Shown in pieces: positions 1 through 12,514 of a stretch of DNA of 64,000 nt. The position numbers were made by a program, and so were the translations under genes. Location: NCBI GenBank assembly GCA_028534125.1, contig CM052816.1:84756001-84820000 (forward strand). The letters are read 5' to 3'. The notes beneath the pieces are model-generated. The model was not told the DNA's origin. It saw only the letters and a list, made by a program, of their open reading frames with translations, and did no database searches. Within the stretch, counting starts at the first letter, position 1. Each line of letters begins with the position of its first letter. The DNA is from Lama glama (lineage: Eukaryota).

Positions 1-690
1 GGACTGGGGATTAATATTTGATTTTTTGTCCTCAGTTCCAAAAATCACTCCAAAGCCATAAAGGTGAAATGGGTGTCTTGTTAGTCATGATAAGCCTCTT
101 TCACTGACACCTGAGTTTATGCTAATGAGTTGACTTCTGGAAAGCACCTAGGTAACCTAAGGATGAAGGCTAGCTGCTTCCATGTGATTAGAGGGTTGGA
201 ACTTTCAGCCTCACCTCCTGACCTTTGGAGACTGAGTTCCATTATCCCCAGCCAATGTTTTAATCAATCACATCTATATCATAAAGCCTCCAAAAAAATC
301 CCCAAATGAGGGGATTTGGATAGCTTTCAGGTTGGTGAAACAGAATTCATCCACATCCTGGATGGATGGTTCACCCCAAACTCACAGAGTCAGAAGGTCT
401 TGTGTTCAAAACCCTTCAAGACCTCACCCTATGTATTTGTTCATCTGGCTATTTATTGATATCTTGTAATATACTGTGTAATAAACCAGTAATCTAGTAA
501 GTAAGCTGGCTCCCCAAGCTCTAGCAAATTAATTAAATCCAATGATGGGGATCTTGGGAACTTCCAACTTATAGCCAGTTGGTTAGCAGAACAGGTAACA
601 ACTTGGACTTGTGACTGGCATCTGAAGTAGGGGCAGTCTTACGGGCCTGAACCCTTATCAATGGGATCTGACAAAGTAGAGAATGTCACA
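1..690 (+). mobile_element. MER21-like ERVL LTR, cut by the window start
   Basis: 3' part GGCATCTGAAGTAGGGGCAGTCTT...GGGATCTGAC and an internal AATAAACCAGTAA resemble the MER21 consensus as recalled. Confidence 0.75.
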
Positions 691-984
691 TTTTCTTACA
701 TTGCCCACTTTCATAATACATGGGCTCCACAATTGATAATTCCACATGAAGAAGAAAACACTCAAGGTATGTGAGACCCAATGTGGAGCCAAGCAGCCAT
801 AATACTAGTCTTTTATTAAAGAGGTCCTATCATGTCCTGCCTTGTTGTAAATTCTTCCTGACCAGAGTGCTAGATCTCAGTGACAACAAACTCATTTATG
901 TAGAATACTTGTGAAATGCCCAGAAGTTTGGTTGATTTTGCTGCAAAGGAGTACAATCTAATGAGGATGAAATATACTCTCATG

Positions 985-1490
985 ATTTTTTTATATCACA
1001 AGATATAGAAAGCCTCATACAAACTGGATTAAAAAATAAAGGTAATTAAATAACCCATAATTTCAAAAAAAGGCAAAATAAAAGTAAGCCTTGATCTATC
1101 AACTCAATGTCATCAAGGACTCTCCTCTCTCTTCTTCCTTCCATTGTATCTTTAGGCTGGCTCTTCTCACAGATATAAGGTAGCTCCTAATAACTATAAT
1201 GGATATATATGTTTCTTTAACACTACCAAATGTAAAAGTAGAGTCTTTGTTCCAGTGTTTCAGTCTCTTGTGGATTGTTCACCCAGCAGAGATGATTAGC
1301 ACTATTGTAATGACTCAGCTATAAAAGCATATCCTATTCCAATCACTGTTGGTGGGGATATGAGATGAATTGCTTGGAGCACACATGTATCCTATGTTCT
1401 ATCCAGGCCCACTGGGTGAAGTCCGGGTTCCCCAAATCAAATAGATCCTCAAATGTTGAGGATGGGGATGAATGCTGGGAAGACAAACAA
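985..1490 (-). mobile_element. Old MaLR LTR (MLT1J/K/L-like), highly diverged
   Basis: Blocks CAAACTGGATTAAAAAATAAAGG, AATGTCATCAAGGAC, CCAATCACTGTTGG and GGATGAATGCTGGG are typical of old MLT1. Confidence 0.5.
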
Positions 1491-3289
1491 AAAATACCTT
1501 TATACTGAAATAAAATAAAAACAACAAAACAAAATAAAACAGAAATTACTAAAAAATCTTGACACATAGGGTTATCTAAGGCTCAAATAGAGCATAAAAA
1601 TAATAGAGATACAGGAATTCATCTAAAACAGCTGAAATGGGGGATGCAAATAAACAACTTGAATCTGACTTTCTGTCTTCTGTCAATTGACTTTCTATTC
1701 TCTCAGTTATGACCAGAATTTTCTGCACAGTATACTGCTCAGACATTTAAAACTTCCAACTTAAAAAAGAATCTCACTATATTAGCCATATGAAAGAGAT
1801 TAACTGAAGGTTTCTTCAGTTCCAATACCTAAAACCTTACACGAAAACTCACTAATCCATATTATAATTGCTAACATCCCTGTTACAATCACGTGTGGCC
1901 CTGGGAACTGAGACACATAAAACAATACAACTCCAAAAAGAACTTAATGATTAAACATAAAATAAAATTAGAAGGACAGGTTATTGTGCAGAAAATCAAA
2001 AATATGTCTACTTTAACCTAATGTTAATTGTAGTTAACTACCTGATTCATCCATTTTTAACTAAAAATTCTATCTGTGTTCTCACTAGTATTACCCACAT
2101 CTTTTCCTTTCCATTGTGGATATACTAACTGTGGATATATATACTGATATACTAACATTAAATTACATTAAGACTTAGAAATGTTTATCATCAACTTTTT
2201 CTTCCATGGCATATCACTTTATATACACTTTAATACATTATTTATAATGGACTACATTTTATTTCTTTTTCTAATATGGCAAGAGTTATGTGTTATTCAT
2301 ATATATTTGTAATGCTTAACAAAGACTAAAGCAATACTTCAAATTTGTGTAATTTTTCCAAAATGTGACTATTATCTTTTATTAAATTCTATGTATTAGT
2401 CACAGTTACAATGCTTATTCTCCTATACAAATCCCAATTCTGACAGGTTTTTAAATGAAAATTATAAATATATAACAATATATGTTTTAAATTACACATT
2501 ACTTTTTCATTATTTGCAGACACATTTTTTTTTTTTAACTTAAATACTGATTGAAAGCATCCCAGAGACTCTGGTTCTTCTTTTCTCAAAACTCATTCTG
2601 TCAGTTTTCTCTCTATGCCCCTGAACTTCACAGCATACCCTTTACTGCCCAATATTTGACTATCTATATACATATACTCTTCAAGATTTGTTTAAAACAA
2701 TTAAGCACATAACTTTCTGACATGCAGCTGCTCCTCTCTCTTTTTCTACCTTTAATGACTTAACTTTTTCCTACTTTTGTCCTTCCTCAGTGTTTTCATT
2801 TATAACTGAGAGATGTACTCTTTATAATTTTCATTAATATTAGGGGAGAAAAAATTCAGGGCATATCATATTCAAAATCTTCATTTCTTTTTTGCTGGAT
2901 CTTTTTATTACTGCTTTTCTGTCTTTCTAGGTTCTGCCTGGCTGATCCTCTTCCAGGCTTTTGGTCTCAGTGTTTGAATTGCTATTATGTTTCTTGGAGG
3001 CACTCACTCTTCTCCAGTGAGGCACATTTGTTTTTTTCAACAATCCTCAAAGGTAGACAAGGTAGGCACTATTAATCTCAAGTGAATTCTCAAGTACTGG
3101 TTGGAGATGTCGAGGTACTGAAAGCTCACGTAGAATAGGCAGAGGAAATGCTACAAGTATGTTTTTAAGCCTTATTTTTAAGTGACACTGGAGAGCATGC
3201 TAGGAATAATAGCTGATAAAATCTGGCAACCAACTATCAAATGGGTTTACTTGAGAGAAAAGAATGAACATCCTGTTAGTGTAAGGATT

Positions 3290-3345
3290 CACATCCAGCT
3301 CATTTTAAATCCAAAACACATGCTCTTTTCACTACATGACAGTTT
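3290..3345 (-). mobile_element. MIR fragment
   Basis: ...ATCCAGCTCATTTTAAATCCAAAACACATGCTCTTTTCACTAC resembles the reverse complement of the MIR 5' end. Confidence 0.4.
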
Positions 3346-5073
3346 TTACAGTCAGATGCTCTTGGCAGACAAATAAATAAATGTATCTTGACACACACTA
3401 ATCATGATTTGATACAGGGGGGGTTGAAGCAGTGGGGAATCATGGTTCATTAAAATCCTAAAATCATCCATAATCTCTCATACATACTGCCAAAACATTT
3501 TTTAAAATTAATTCTACCATGCTTGGTGGAAATGAAAAATTGCTAGGCTCTATCTCACTCAGTCCTTTATGTGATTGTCATTTTTATTGGATTTTAAAAA
3601 TAAATACTCAAAGACATTATCCTGAGTACTGTGTTTGTGTATGTTTATGTGTTTGAATATGACTAAAGCCAGGGAGGGTGCCAATAATACCAACTTTCCT
3701 GATGTATTTATTTAATGTTAAAGTCTTTTTTTGATCATTGTAGAGACTTCACTTTGTGAATGAGACATTAACTTTGGTAGCATGCCAGACTAAAGGACAG
3801 GAAAATTTGATATTTAATCAAGACCATCTCCTCTTTAATATTTGTCTACCTCTTACATTTTGTTTTGTGTGTAGTATTTTTGCTTTTCCACTATTTATTA
3901 AAATGCTATATTATAGTTTGGAAATTGTAACTTGGATAAAATATGTACTTCACTGGTAATCTTTAAGTGCTCCAATACACCCTTATCTAATTTCTTATGG
4001 ACATAGCTTGATATACACTGGCATGAGGCTCTGAATAGAAGTTCAGCTCCACATTAGATTTTAAAGCACTGACTATCAGTCTCTCTTCAGGAGCCTGAGT
4101 GTGTGACATACAAAGAGTGATGTAGGGATCAGAGAGCACAAAGCTACACAAACACAGACTGATACCGACAGAGGACAACGAGCAGTAGTCACGAGGCAAA
4201 ACAGCCATGAGCAAGTAGTAACTGTGCTGAGTAGATGAAGTTACTCGGTTCAAAAAGACTGAACGTGAGCATCTACAAGCAGTGTAATCAAAAACAGAGT
4301 GATTAAACATCATGAAGGCAGGACTAGCGTAAAGAACAAAGTGTACCTACTTTTGGGGAGACAAATTAAGCACAAAAGGAGTGTTACATATCAATGGGGG
4401 ACATAGTCTCCTTTAATTAGAAATCTACAGCCTCAAAATTCCTGTCTTCCTCACTTCCCTGAGATGATAATCTGGCACTAACCGAGATGGTCAGAGCCTT
4501 CTTTCTTCCAAGCAGTCTTCATGAGCTAAAAAAACAAAACAAAATAAAATAACAGCAACAACATAAACAACCAAACCAACAAAAGCCCCTCAGACACAGT
4601 AAGGTACCTAGAAAGTATATCTGCATGAAGGAAACCAGAGCTTTGTCAAATGGCATTTCAGTCTCTAAAGCCATGCAAATTACATCGTCTAAACAAAGAA
4701 ATCTGAAATATGTGATGAAAATGGATTTTACACTTTCGGAGATGTTTCAGGTGATTTAGATTTTGTCTAGAATATTCATACAATATGAGCAGAAATTGTA
4801 ATACTGAAGGTAACTGCCAATGAAATGTAGATTTGAAGTGTTCTAATGTTACTGCATTCAGCAATATGGACATAATCAAATATTAGTTAAAGTCCTAGTT
4901 AAATACACATGCTCACAGGACTCTTTACTTTTAATGATGAACACAAGAAAAAAAGTCCACAAGAAAGGATTTACCACTTGTGTTAATGTTCTCTAAGATA
5001 TGCTCAGTTAATATAATTAGTATCTGCTTTCTGATATACTTATTTTTCAACCTTTTTAATAGATTAAAAAAAT

Positions 5074-5096
5074 ACACACACACACACACACACACA
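5074..5096. repeat. (CA)n microsatellite
   Basis: About 11 CA units, read directly. Confidence 0.95.
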
Positions 5097-6084
5097 AATG
5101 CATTGCACAAATGGGTATAAGGCCATTGACAAAATCTGATCTTTAGAAAGAAATATATTAACATAATTACAGTTTGATTGTCACACTGAACTCATCAGAA
5201 GCTATCAGAATGTTTTATGACTTAAATATGTCCTGCTTTACAACTAAAATGCATTGTTTCTCAAATTAGTATCTAAAAAATAATACTGTATTTACTACAC
5301 TGTGGAAAGGAATAACTATTTGAATCCAAAAAAACTGGGGAAATACAATCATTTTAATATGTATTATAACACTATAAATAGGAACTAACTTCCATCGATA
5401 TCTGGTTAGTTAAAATAAAAAATATATAGAGAAATTACTTTTCCATGTGGAAGGAATTAGCTTTCTGTTCTACATTTATGAATCAGAGACGAGGCTATCA
5501 AAGTTTTTTCCCAACTATTAGAATATCTGTTGATATCAGCATTTCTTTATTTTGATACAAGAATAAATATTTTACTAAGTTGGTGCTACTCATGGTCACT
5601 TAAATGTTCTTGAGTCATAGATAAATTTAGAAGTCACCTATACTATAAATAGAAATCATTGAAACATCAGTTACAGATTTTTTTCAACAGCATTATGTTC
5701 ATCTATAGTATTGTAGGGTCAGTGAGAAGATTGACATTTCTAAGGTATTTCAGTAATATAAGAAAATATTTCCTAGTCTTTTCAGGAGAGCATTCTGCTC
5801 TGAGTTTGGCACTTTGGCTCTCATCACCCATTCAAATAGAAAAGCCCTAGGTCCTTCATCATACAGCCTTTATTACAATTGTTATACAAACAATGAGCTT
5901 AAGCTTCTTACTATTGTCTAAACTTTGTTTTCCATATTTGTTTCTAAGTCTCATTGGCATAATTCTATAGATTTACAATTTGCATTGTTATTGCTGTTTT
6001 TATTACTAAGTGGAAGACCTGTATTTTTTCTTCTATGTATCATTCAAGCGTAAGTCCTCACAGAATCTGCATTCTGTAAACCTA

Positions 6085-6220
6085 TGATATCTAAACTCTA
6101 GAATCACAGTCACTTCAAAAGCTTCTTATAAAATTACTGTACCTGCTCTCAGAGTTTCACATTCAGAAGGGACCCAAGAATTTGCATATCTAAGAAGTTC
6201 CTATCTGATGCTACTGGAAA
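6085..6220 (-). mobile_element. MER5A-like hAT-Charlie MITE
   Basis: GGGACCCAAGAATTTGCATATCTAAGAAGTTCC...TGATGCTACTGG matches the MER5A reverse strand. Confidence 0.65.
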
Positions 6221-7099
6221 TAGTTATTAACATATCAAATATGTTAAACCAAAAGCTGCCCAAAAGTTTAATACTTTGGTCCAGTTTGTGAACTTGTTTC
6301 CAATCCACATAGCTGTTCCTGTATCCAAGCAACCTAATCTATTCTGAAATGACATAAACATATTTAAAGGACTTCTTGAAAATCTAATAAAATGCCTTAT
6401 CAAAACCTCTCTTAAATCATGCATTTTAAACTAGTTGATAAATGTAGAAATATTATTCTTTACTTATTGCATCATTTTACAACTTATAATAATGCCAATA
6501 TTTTCATGTTTGTAATTCAGATGTGAAATGAGTTTAAAGATACTTTTTGTCATGTCCATATTCAGTAAGAAATGTGTAAAAAAGAACAGAAGTTAAAGCA
6601 TGTTCAAATTACAATTTTTTAGCATATTTATATTTGTTCATTATAAAAAGCAGGGATAAAAATATGCATCAAAGTAACATGGCTTAGCTTTAACTCCATA
6701 TAACAATTTCAGTATATGTGTACCAAACTATCCCCTAACTATATTCTTTCCTATGATTTCTAGTGGTCAACTACAACAAATATAATTGGTCTTCAAGTCA
6801 TCAATACATACTAACTTTTCCCAAGTATAAGTCCTCCACTGACTTTAGTTTTTCCAAATATGCTACAGTTAGTTATGCTGCAGAGGTTAAAATGTACATT
6901 ACTCAATGTGGAAGTTACCTTTCTTTAATTACTACAAAATTATCTTAGGGGAAACTGGTTGTCATAAATCAATGGAACATTAGTTTTGAAGTTAAAGCTT
7001 TCTCCTGGAGGAGTGTTGCTCATATTTGAGTGATAAAATTGAGTATCTTTTCCCTAATCCCAAAAGTCAGATTTCATTGTACTATTGTTTGGCATAAAT

Positions 7100-7134
7100 T
7101 GTGTGTGTGTGTTGTGCGTGTGTTGTGTGTGTGT
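7100..7134. repeat. Interrupted (TG)n microsatellite
   Basis: Read directly. Confidence 0.9.
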
Positions 7135-7719
7135 ACTGTTGAGTGAGACATTTTCTATGGTGAATGTTAAATAAATTCAGATGCTCATTGCCTTATTCAA
7201 TTAAAGCAGCTGCTGAGTGAATTTTCCAAAAGGTTGTTGCTATGCCAATATCAGTTCTTATATTTAAAATGCAATGCTAATTTGATCACGTAGTGATATC
7301 AATTTTAAAGAGACATTGTTTCACCATTTGCTCCTCCATTTATTAGATGTGTATTCAATACTCACCCTGGGGCAGGTACTATGTTAGGGATGCATGGATG
7401 AACAAAAGGTTCTTTTTGGCATAAGCTATAGATTTTTGGATATATACCTTATACTCTTTTTAAAAAAATTGTATCCAAGAAATTGCTGAGTCCTTATTAC
7501 GACTAATTATAAACCTTCAAAGTCTCTTTTTCACCTGAATGAAGCTGTGACACTTACAATAATTTTAGGATGTTTTTTCAGGAAATGTCTTCAGAGCTGT
7601 GATATTTTATTCTGCATATTCTCAAAATTCACAAAAATCTCTACCTAGTTGGATTTATAGTAGACATTTCCTTACTAGCGGATGTCCCTTCTCATTCGCA
7701 CTGCCTGCTTAACAATGAA

Positions 7720-8070
7720 TGCCTCTTGGCATAGCTGGACTTGGTCTGATTAGGCTGGACACTTTACCTAAGGAAATCAACCAAAGTCCCTTCCCCTGGA
7801 ATTCTGATTCAGGAAACTTTGGAGATGTAGACAATAATGGTCACCTGAATTATAAGTTTAAAAGTACATAAAATCAGGGAGGGAATTAATCAGGGGAGTA
7901 ATAGAAGACAGCTGGTCTTGTTTCCCATGAGCAGGAAGGGAATAGAGCAGGTACACACAAGAAAGGAAGTAGCTCCATGGGGTAGCAGGAATCCCTGGGA
8001 CACTGATATTCCAATCTAGACAGTCTCTCTTGACTTGAGCCAGTTTATGCTTTCCTTGAAATTAAACATT
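7720..8070 (+). mobile_element. LTR16/LTR33-like ERVL LTR, diverged
   Basis: CAACCAAAGTCCCTTCCCCTGGAATTCTGA and a terminal CTTGAGCCAGTTT motif. Confidence 0.4.
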
Positions 8071-10054
8071 TTTGAGTGTAATAAAAATGATTTTGTTTCC
8101 TAGAAACAGCTGCAAATAATGTGAAACAAAGTCTGTTGAAGAAAAATTCAGTAATTAAACTGCTTGTGGTCCAAATAATCTATCAGCTTACAGATAAAGA
8201 GATCTTTTATAACCCCAGGTACAGTATCTTGAAAACTGCTATCATTAAGACGAATGAAAAAAAAAAGTTAGATTATAAAGTATTTTAATGATTACTTTTA
8301 AAATTTCTAATAGAAAGAGGAGTTGCAACATATTTTGAGAACCTTGTTATTAAAATAACTACAGATACCTCTCAAAGTGAGAATAACTCATTCTCGTATT
8401 TCGGAATGCCTCTTAAACCAAACAAAGCTTATTGGTCTAAAGACTTTTTTTTTCCAATGTGTAGTCTCACAGGCTTTGTTATTACCCATTTTCTGTTCTT
8501 AATTATGAGTAATCCAAAATTAAGAACAAATGTATTTTGTTCTAGAATGTATAGATAAAATTCTATTTTGAATCAAACAACATTTACTGTGAAGTTCTTC
8601 ACTGCGAGAAATGTTTGTAATCTTTTCCAAAAGAATATATTAAAAGTTGCTGAGTTTCCACCACCTGTTCCTGACAGCTATTTCAGTGTAAGTAATACAT
8701 CACAGGGGTGATGGCAATCTGATGATGTATTGGAACTATACATCATTGTGGTGACGGCGCTTTAATGACAGATGAGTAATACATCTTCAGGTAAAGCTCT
8801 CAAATTTAGGCCTGCCTGGAAAATAGAGTTTCTGGAAGAAGAAAACATCTTATCAACTTTATAAAAGAATGGATGTAATAAAACATAGTTTGCTAAATCA
8901 GAGGGCTGTAAGTTTGGATGCAGAAATGAGATGTCTTTGAATGTCCATAACTTTTTTCCCTTCACATATTTACTGCAATTCAAAAATGTGTTTTGCATTG
9001 AAAAGTGTTCCCATTTTTTTGTGTTCTTTACACTTCATTTATTTATCATTTTAACATGCATCATTGTGTATTTCTTTTTCATTTTTTTTCCTTGGAGCTG
9101 GAAGAAATATCCTTTTAGCTAAGAGTATTTAGAACTAGTCACACTCTTCTTGCTAATAAAAACTCCCTTACTCTATGAAGGTAGAGATTTTGTTTGCCTG
9201 TGTATTTATACTCTGTCTTTAACAAGCTGTTCAAAAATGCATTTTGGGGGGGTCTTAATTCCTTTTACAGCTTAATTTTTTAAAATCTTTACATGGGTAG
9301 AAATAGCAGTATTCTTAAGTTTCTTACATTCATTAAGTGGAAAAAAAATTTTTAAAAATCTTTAGAAAAGGCTATTAATATTCTGCATTTTTAAGAAAGA
9401 TTATTATCTTCTATCTACATTAAAAAGTAAAAACACATTTATATTACACAATCTTTAAATTTTTGAACTGTTAGAGACTGTCGAAGCATGTATTTAATTT
9501 TGAAACTTAGAGGAAAAAAATCTTAAAGGATGCATTTCATCTCATGAGCAGAAATCCCTCACGATAGAGGACTAGAAAAAGGTTACAAAGTTTATCTTTT
9601 TAGCTAAAGCATTATAATCAGACTGTATATAAGAGGTAAAAATGACAGTTACGATGTGTATCATATGCCTAGATCTGTGTGTGACATGCTGGAAATGTAC
9701 ACTGTCTCACATTATGAGTCTTACCCCAGGTTTGCCTCTGTGATAATTTTGTGTTAATGCACAGAATACTTACATAAAATTAAAACTTAGATTGAATTAT
9801 TCTAGTAAACTCTTATAGGAAACATCCATACATAGGTCTGAAATTAAAAAATGAATTTACTGGAATTTTTCCTTTATTGTAGTCCAGATTAAAGGAGCAT
9901 ATATCATTTTCCCCCCTCTCTTTTTAGTACACTATTCCTGAAGAGGAGAAAATAAAGCCAAAGGATACATGGAAACTGAAACACATTGTTAGTTAAGCTG
10001 TCTTAAAATTAAACCAGTGCTAAATTGCCTAAATCAATCTTAATGAGATGATAG

Positions 10055-10196
10055 TTAAATCAGAAATATGGTCTTTTGTGGCAGTCAGACCTGGATTTCA
10101 ATTTCAACTTGGAGATATCTTAGTTGAGGATTATGGTATAACACTTAACTATTTGAATCTCAAGCTGATATTCCATTATATTTGCAGATATCATAT
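10055..10196 (+). mobile_element. MIR, 5' part; probably continues at 12931-12947 after the ERV insertion
   Basis: GCAGTCAGACCTGGATTTCAAT...ACTTAACTATTTGAATCTCA follows the MIR order; CACTCAAGTGCCTGGTA after 12930 resembles the MIR tail. Confidence 0.6.
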
Positions 10197-11250
10197 ATAA
10201 GGGAGCAAAATTCACCCCCCCCCCAAATTTATCTCTTTGGCATGAAGATTAATTTAGGCTGATTATTTTTCAGGCCCAAAAGACTCAGGAAAAATCTTAG
10301 ACTTCCCACCTAAATACCTAAAAGAATGTAGATTAGATGACCTGTTCCAGGAAGGGTGTTATTACCATGGAGAACCATAGTATGAGCTAGTTATGATAGG
10401 CAGGAAGGAATCTAGAAAAATCTGTTAAAATTTCTCTTGTATCCAGTTGTCTCTGCAGGGTCCAGCCAATATTTGTTTATTAACATTTCATCACCATGTA
10501 AATTACCTTTTTTTCACTTTGAAAACCCAAATCACTACCCCTAGTTTTCCTGGGCCTCTTTCATCATCTATACATGTCATTGAAACCAAGCAGGACCCTG
10601 AGGGGAACCTCCTAGGTACAAAAGCCCCTCTGGGTCCCTTGTTTCTGATTGTAGAAAAAGGCTTTAGTCTCTTAGGCCTTCCCTGAGTTCCGAAGAGCAG
10701 GCCCTGGCACAGGCAGTTACTAATTAAGGAACTGAGGGAATGCAGAAACAAAGGAAAAGCAGTTCAGCAAGAAAAATAATGGCAGTAGTTCAGCAATAAA
10801 AACAGAATCCTAGTTCCTCCTCAAGAGATATACATAATAATCTGATGGGTATCTCTGAGTTTTTCTTCAGGATCTAGGATACTTACCCAGGTGGAGGATG
10901 ATGACTACATGCTAAGCATAACACACAGATCCAAGGCTTGTTGGAACCAGAATGTCATGGTTCCTGAAACACCACTCTGTTACCTCACTACCAACCAATC
11001 AGAAGAAAGTCATGCATTCTGCAGCCCTTATCTCCAAATGTTGCCTTTAAAAGCACTTCCCTGGAAACCATCAGGGAGTTTGAGTCTTTGGAGCACAGCT
11101 GCCCATATTCCTTGTTTGCCACCTGCAATAAACACTGTACTTTCCTTCATCGCAAACCAGTGTCAGTAAATTGGCTTTGCTACATGGCAGGCAAGTGGAC
11201 TCAAGTTCAGTTCAATAACACTGTTAAACTTCTGTTTGATTTTTCTCCTG
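10197..11250 (+). mobile_element. MER34-like ERV1 LTR (10197-10574 plus 11221-11250), interrupted by a nested LTR
   Basis: Start AAGGGAGCAAAATTCACCCCCC..AAA..TCTTTGGCATGAAGATTA resembles MER34-group LTRs; TATACATGT and TAAACTTCTGTTTGATTTTTCTC rejoin across the insert. Confidence 0.65.
10575..11220 (+). mobile_element. Nested solo ERV1-type LTR
   Basis: TG...CA ends with a 9/10 terminal inverted repeat (TGTCATTGAA / TTCAATAACA); CCAAT near 10996, TTTAAAA near 11046, AATAAA near 11127. Confidence 0.8.
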
Positions 11251-11289
11251 CATTTCCAATTCTCTCCCACCCTTCTGATTTCAAATCAC

Positions 11290-11480
11290 TAAGAATGAAG
11301 GCAGCCCTCCAGCCTCATTGGAAGGGACCTTACCAAGGGCTATGGACCACTGATGCTACTGATATATTAGGAAATTTTGAGCTTTGAGAACATATCTCAC
11401 AGCAAACAAGGACTCCACATGACACCTGGTCCTGTGCAAGTGCTGGATATGTCAAATTGACAAGAAAGAGAAGTAGCTGA
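11290..11480 (+). pseudogene. pol: Retroviral pol remnant: integrase C-terminus
   Basis: Translates KAALQPHWKGPYQGLWTTDAT...FEL*EHISQ, matching the gammaretroviral WKGPY and WIHxS motifs; in-frame stop at 11385-11387. Confidence 0.85.
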
Positions 11481-11534
11481 GATTCAGGTAGACTGCTTCC
11501 ACCCAAGATACTGGATCAAGGCTTCTTACTTTAG

Positions 11535-12280
11535 TTCCCTTTCTTCTTTTCTTTTACTTTGGTATTGGCCTGGAAAGATACTGCCCTCATCTGTCTCTCT
11601 CAGATCATTGCTAAGGGGGTTAACTTTTCAGATTGCTGGATTTGTCACAGATGCCGACCTACCTAAATTATCTAGGTCAAATTTGTCCCCACTTTCTAAG
11701 AAATTTCGCCAGCAGCATCCATCTTTGCAATGCATTTCAGGTCAGGAGATTCTCTTCCCACATGTGCTAGAAACCTGACTGACCCTAGGTTGAATGCGTA
11801 TACACAGTAATCCCTGTGAATAAATCCATTCCTTGGTTAGGAATAGATACAAATGAGAATACAATCAGAAACCTCTCTTTAACATTTGAAGACATTGTGA
11901 ATTTCATTGCTAAGACACTGGCTACCCAGCAAAGATCCTATGACTCTTTGGCCAAAGATGTTCTTGAATGTAGGATAGCCCTTGATTATCTTTTACCTGA
12001 ACAAAAAGGTGTTTGTTCTGTGGCCAACAGCACTTTCTGTGCCTGGATTGACATTTCTGGGGAAGTTGAAGCTTAGTTAAGTAAAATCATTGAGCAAGCC
12101 ACTTGGCTTAAAAAATTGACTCCTTCAATGGGATCTTTTTTTGATTGGTTTGGGTCTTGGGGACTCTAACTTCAAAGTCTACTCCAAATATTGGGAATTA
12201 TCCTGCTTATTATAATCATAATAATCCACTTGGCACATTGTATTCTCTCAAAAGTTTTTAAAACATATTCACATGTTTAA
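11535..12280 (+). pseudogene. env: Gamma-type ERV env remnant, internally deleted with stops
   Basis: Hydrophobic leader then AWKDTALICLSQIIAKGVNFSDCWICH (CWIC 11634-11645). TM in another frame: ISD-like LECRIALDYLLPEQKGVC, degenerate CX6CC (CSVANSTFC), anchor ILGIILLIIIIII. Stops at 11664, 12074 and 12167. Confidence 0.92.
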
Positions 12281-12501
12281 CCACTGGACAAATAATCTCC
12301 CTAAAACTGCAACATCAGAAAGGAAGCAAAGAGAATAGCCAACTGGAGGTTTACAAACCTGGAACCACGACCTTGAATGTCATAGGGATTAACCAAAAAT
12401 GTCATGCCACCAAGGATCAGCAAAGCTGTAGAGCTGTAGCTGAGAGTGAAGCTAATGCCATGAATTTTAATTACACCTCAGTTAGGCTAAGAGTTTTGAC
12501 C

Positions 12502-12513
12502 AAAAGCGGGGAA
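12502..12513 (+). other. Polypurine tract of the provirus
   Basis: AAAAGCGGGGAA lies after env and directly before the LTR start. Confidence 0.75.
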
Positions 12514-12514
12514 T

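Noticed and set aside
2905..3057. Plus-strand acceptor TTTTCTGTCTTTCTAG at 2930 with a donor near 3052
   Set aside because: Weak donor within MIR-like sequence, no recognisable coding frame and no partner exons.
8715..8800. C/D-box snoRNA suggested by TGATGA at 8720
   Set aside because: No suitably placed downstream CTGA D box or terminal stem.
11816..12076. 86-aa env TM ORF as a functional syncytin- or suppressyn-like gene
   Set aside because: GTG start, no signal peptide in frame, mutated ISD and CX6CC, a stop before the membrane anchor, and SU largely deleted.
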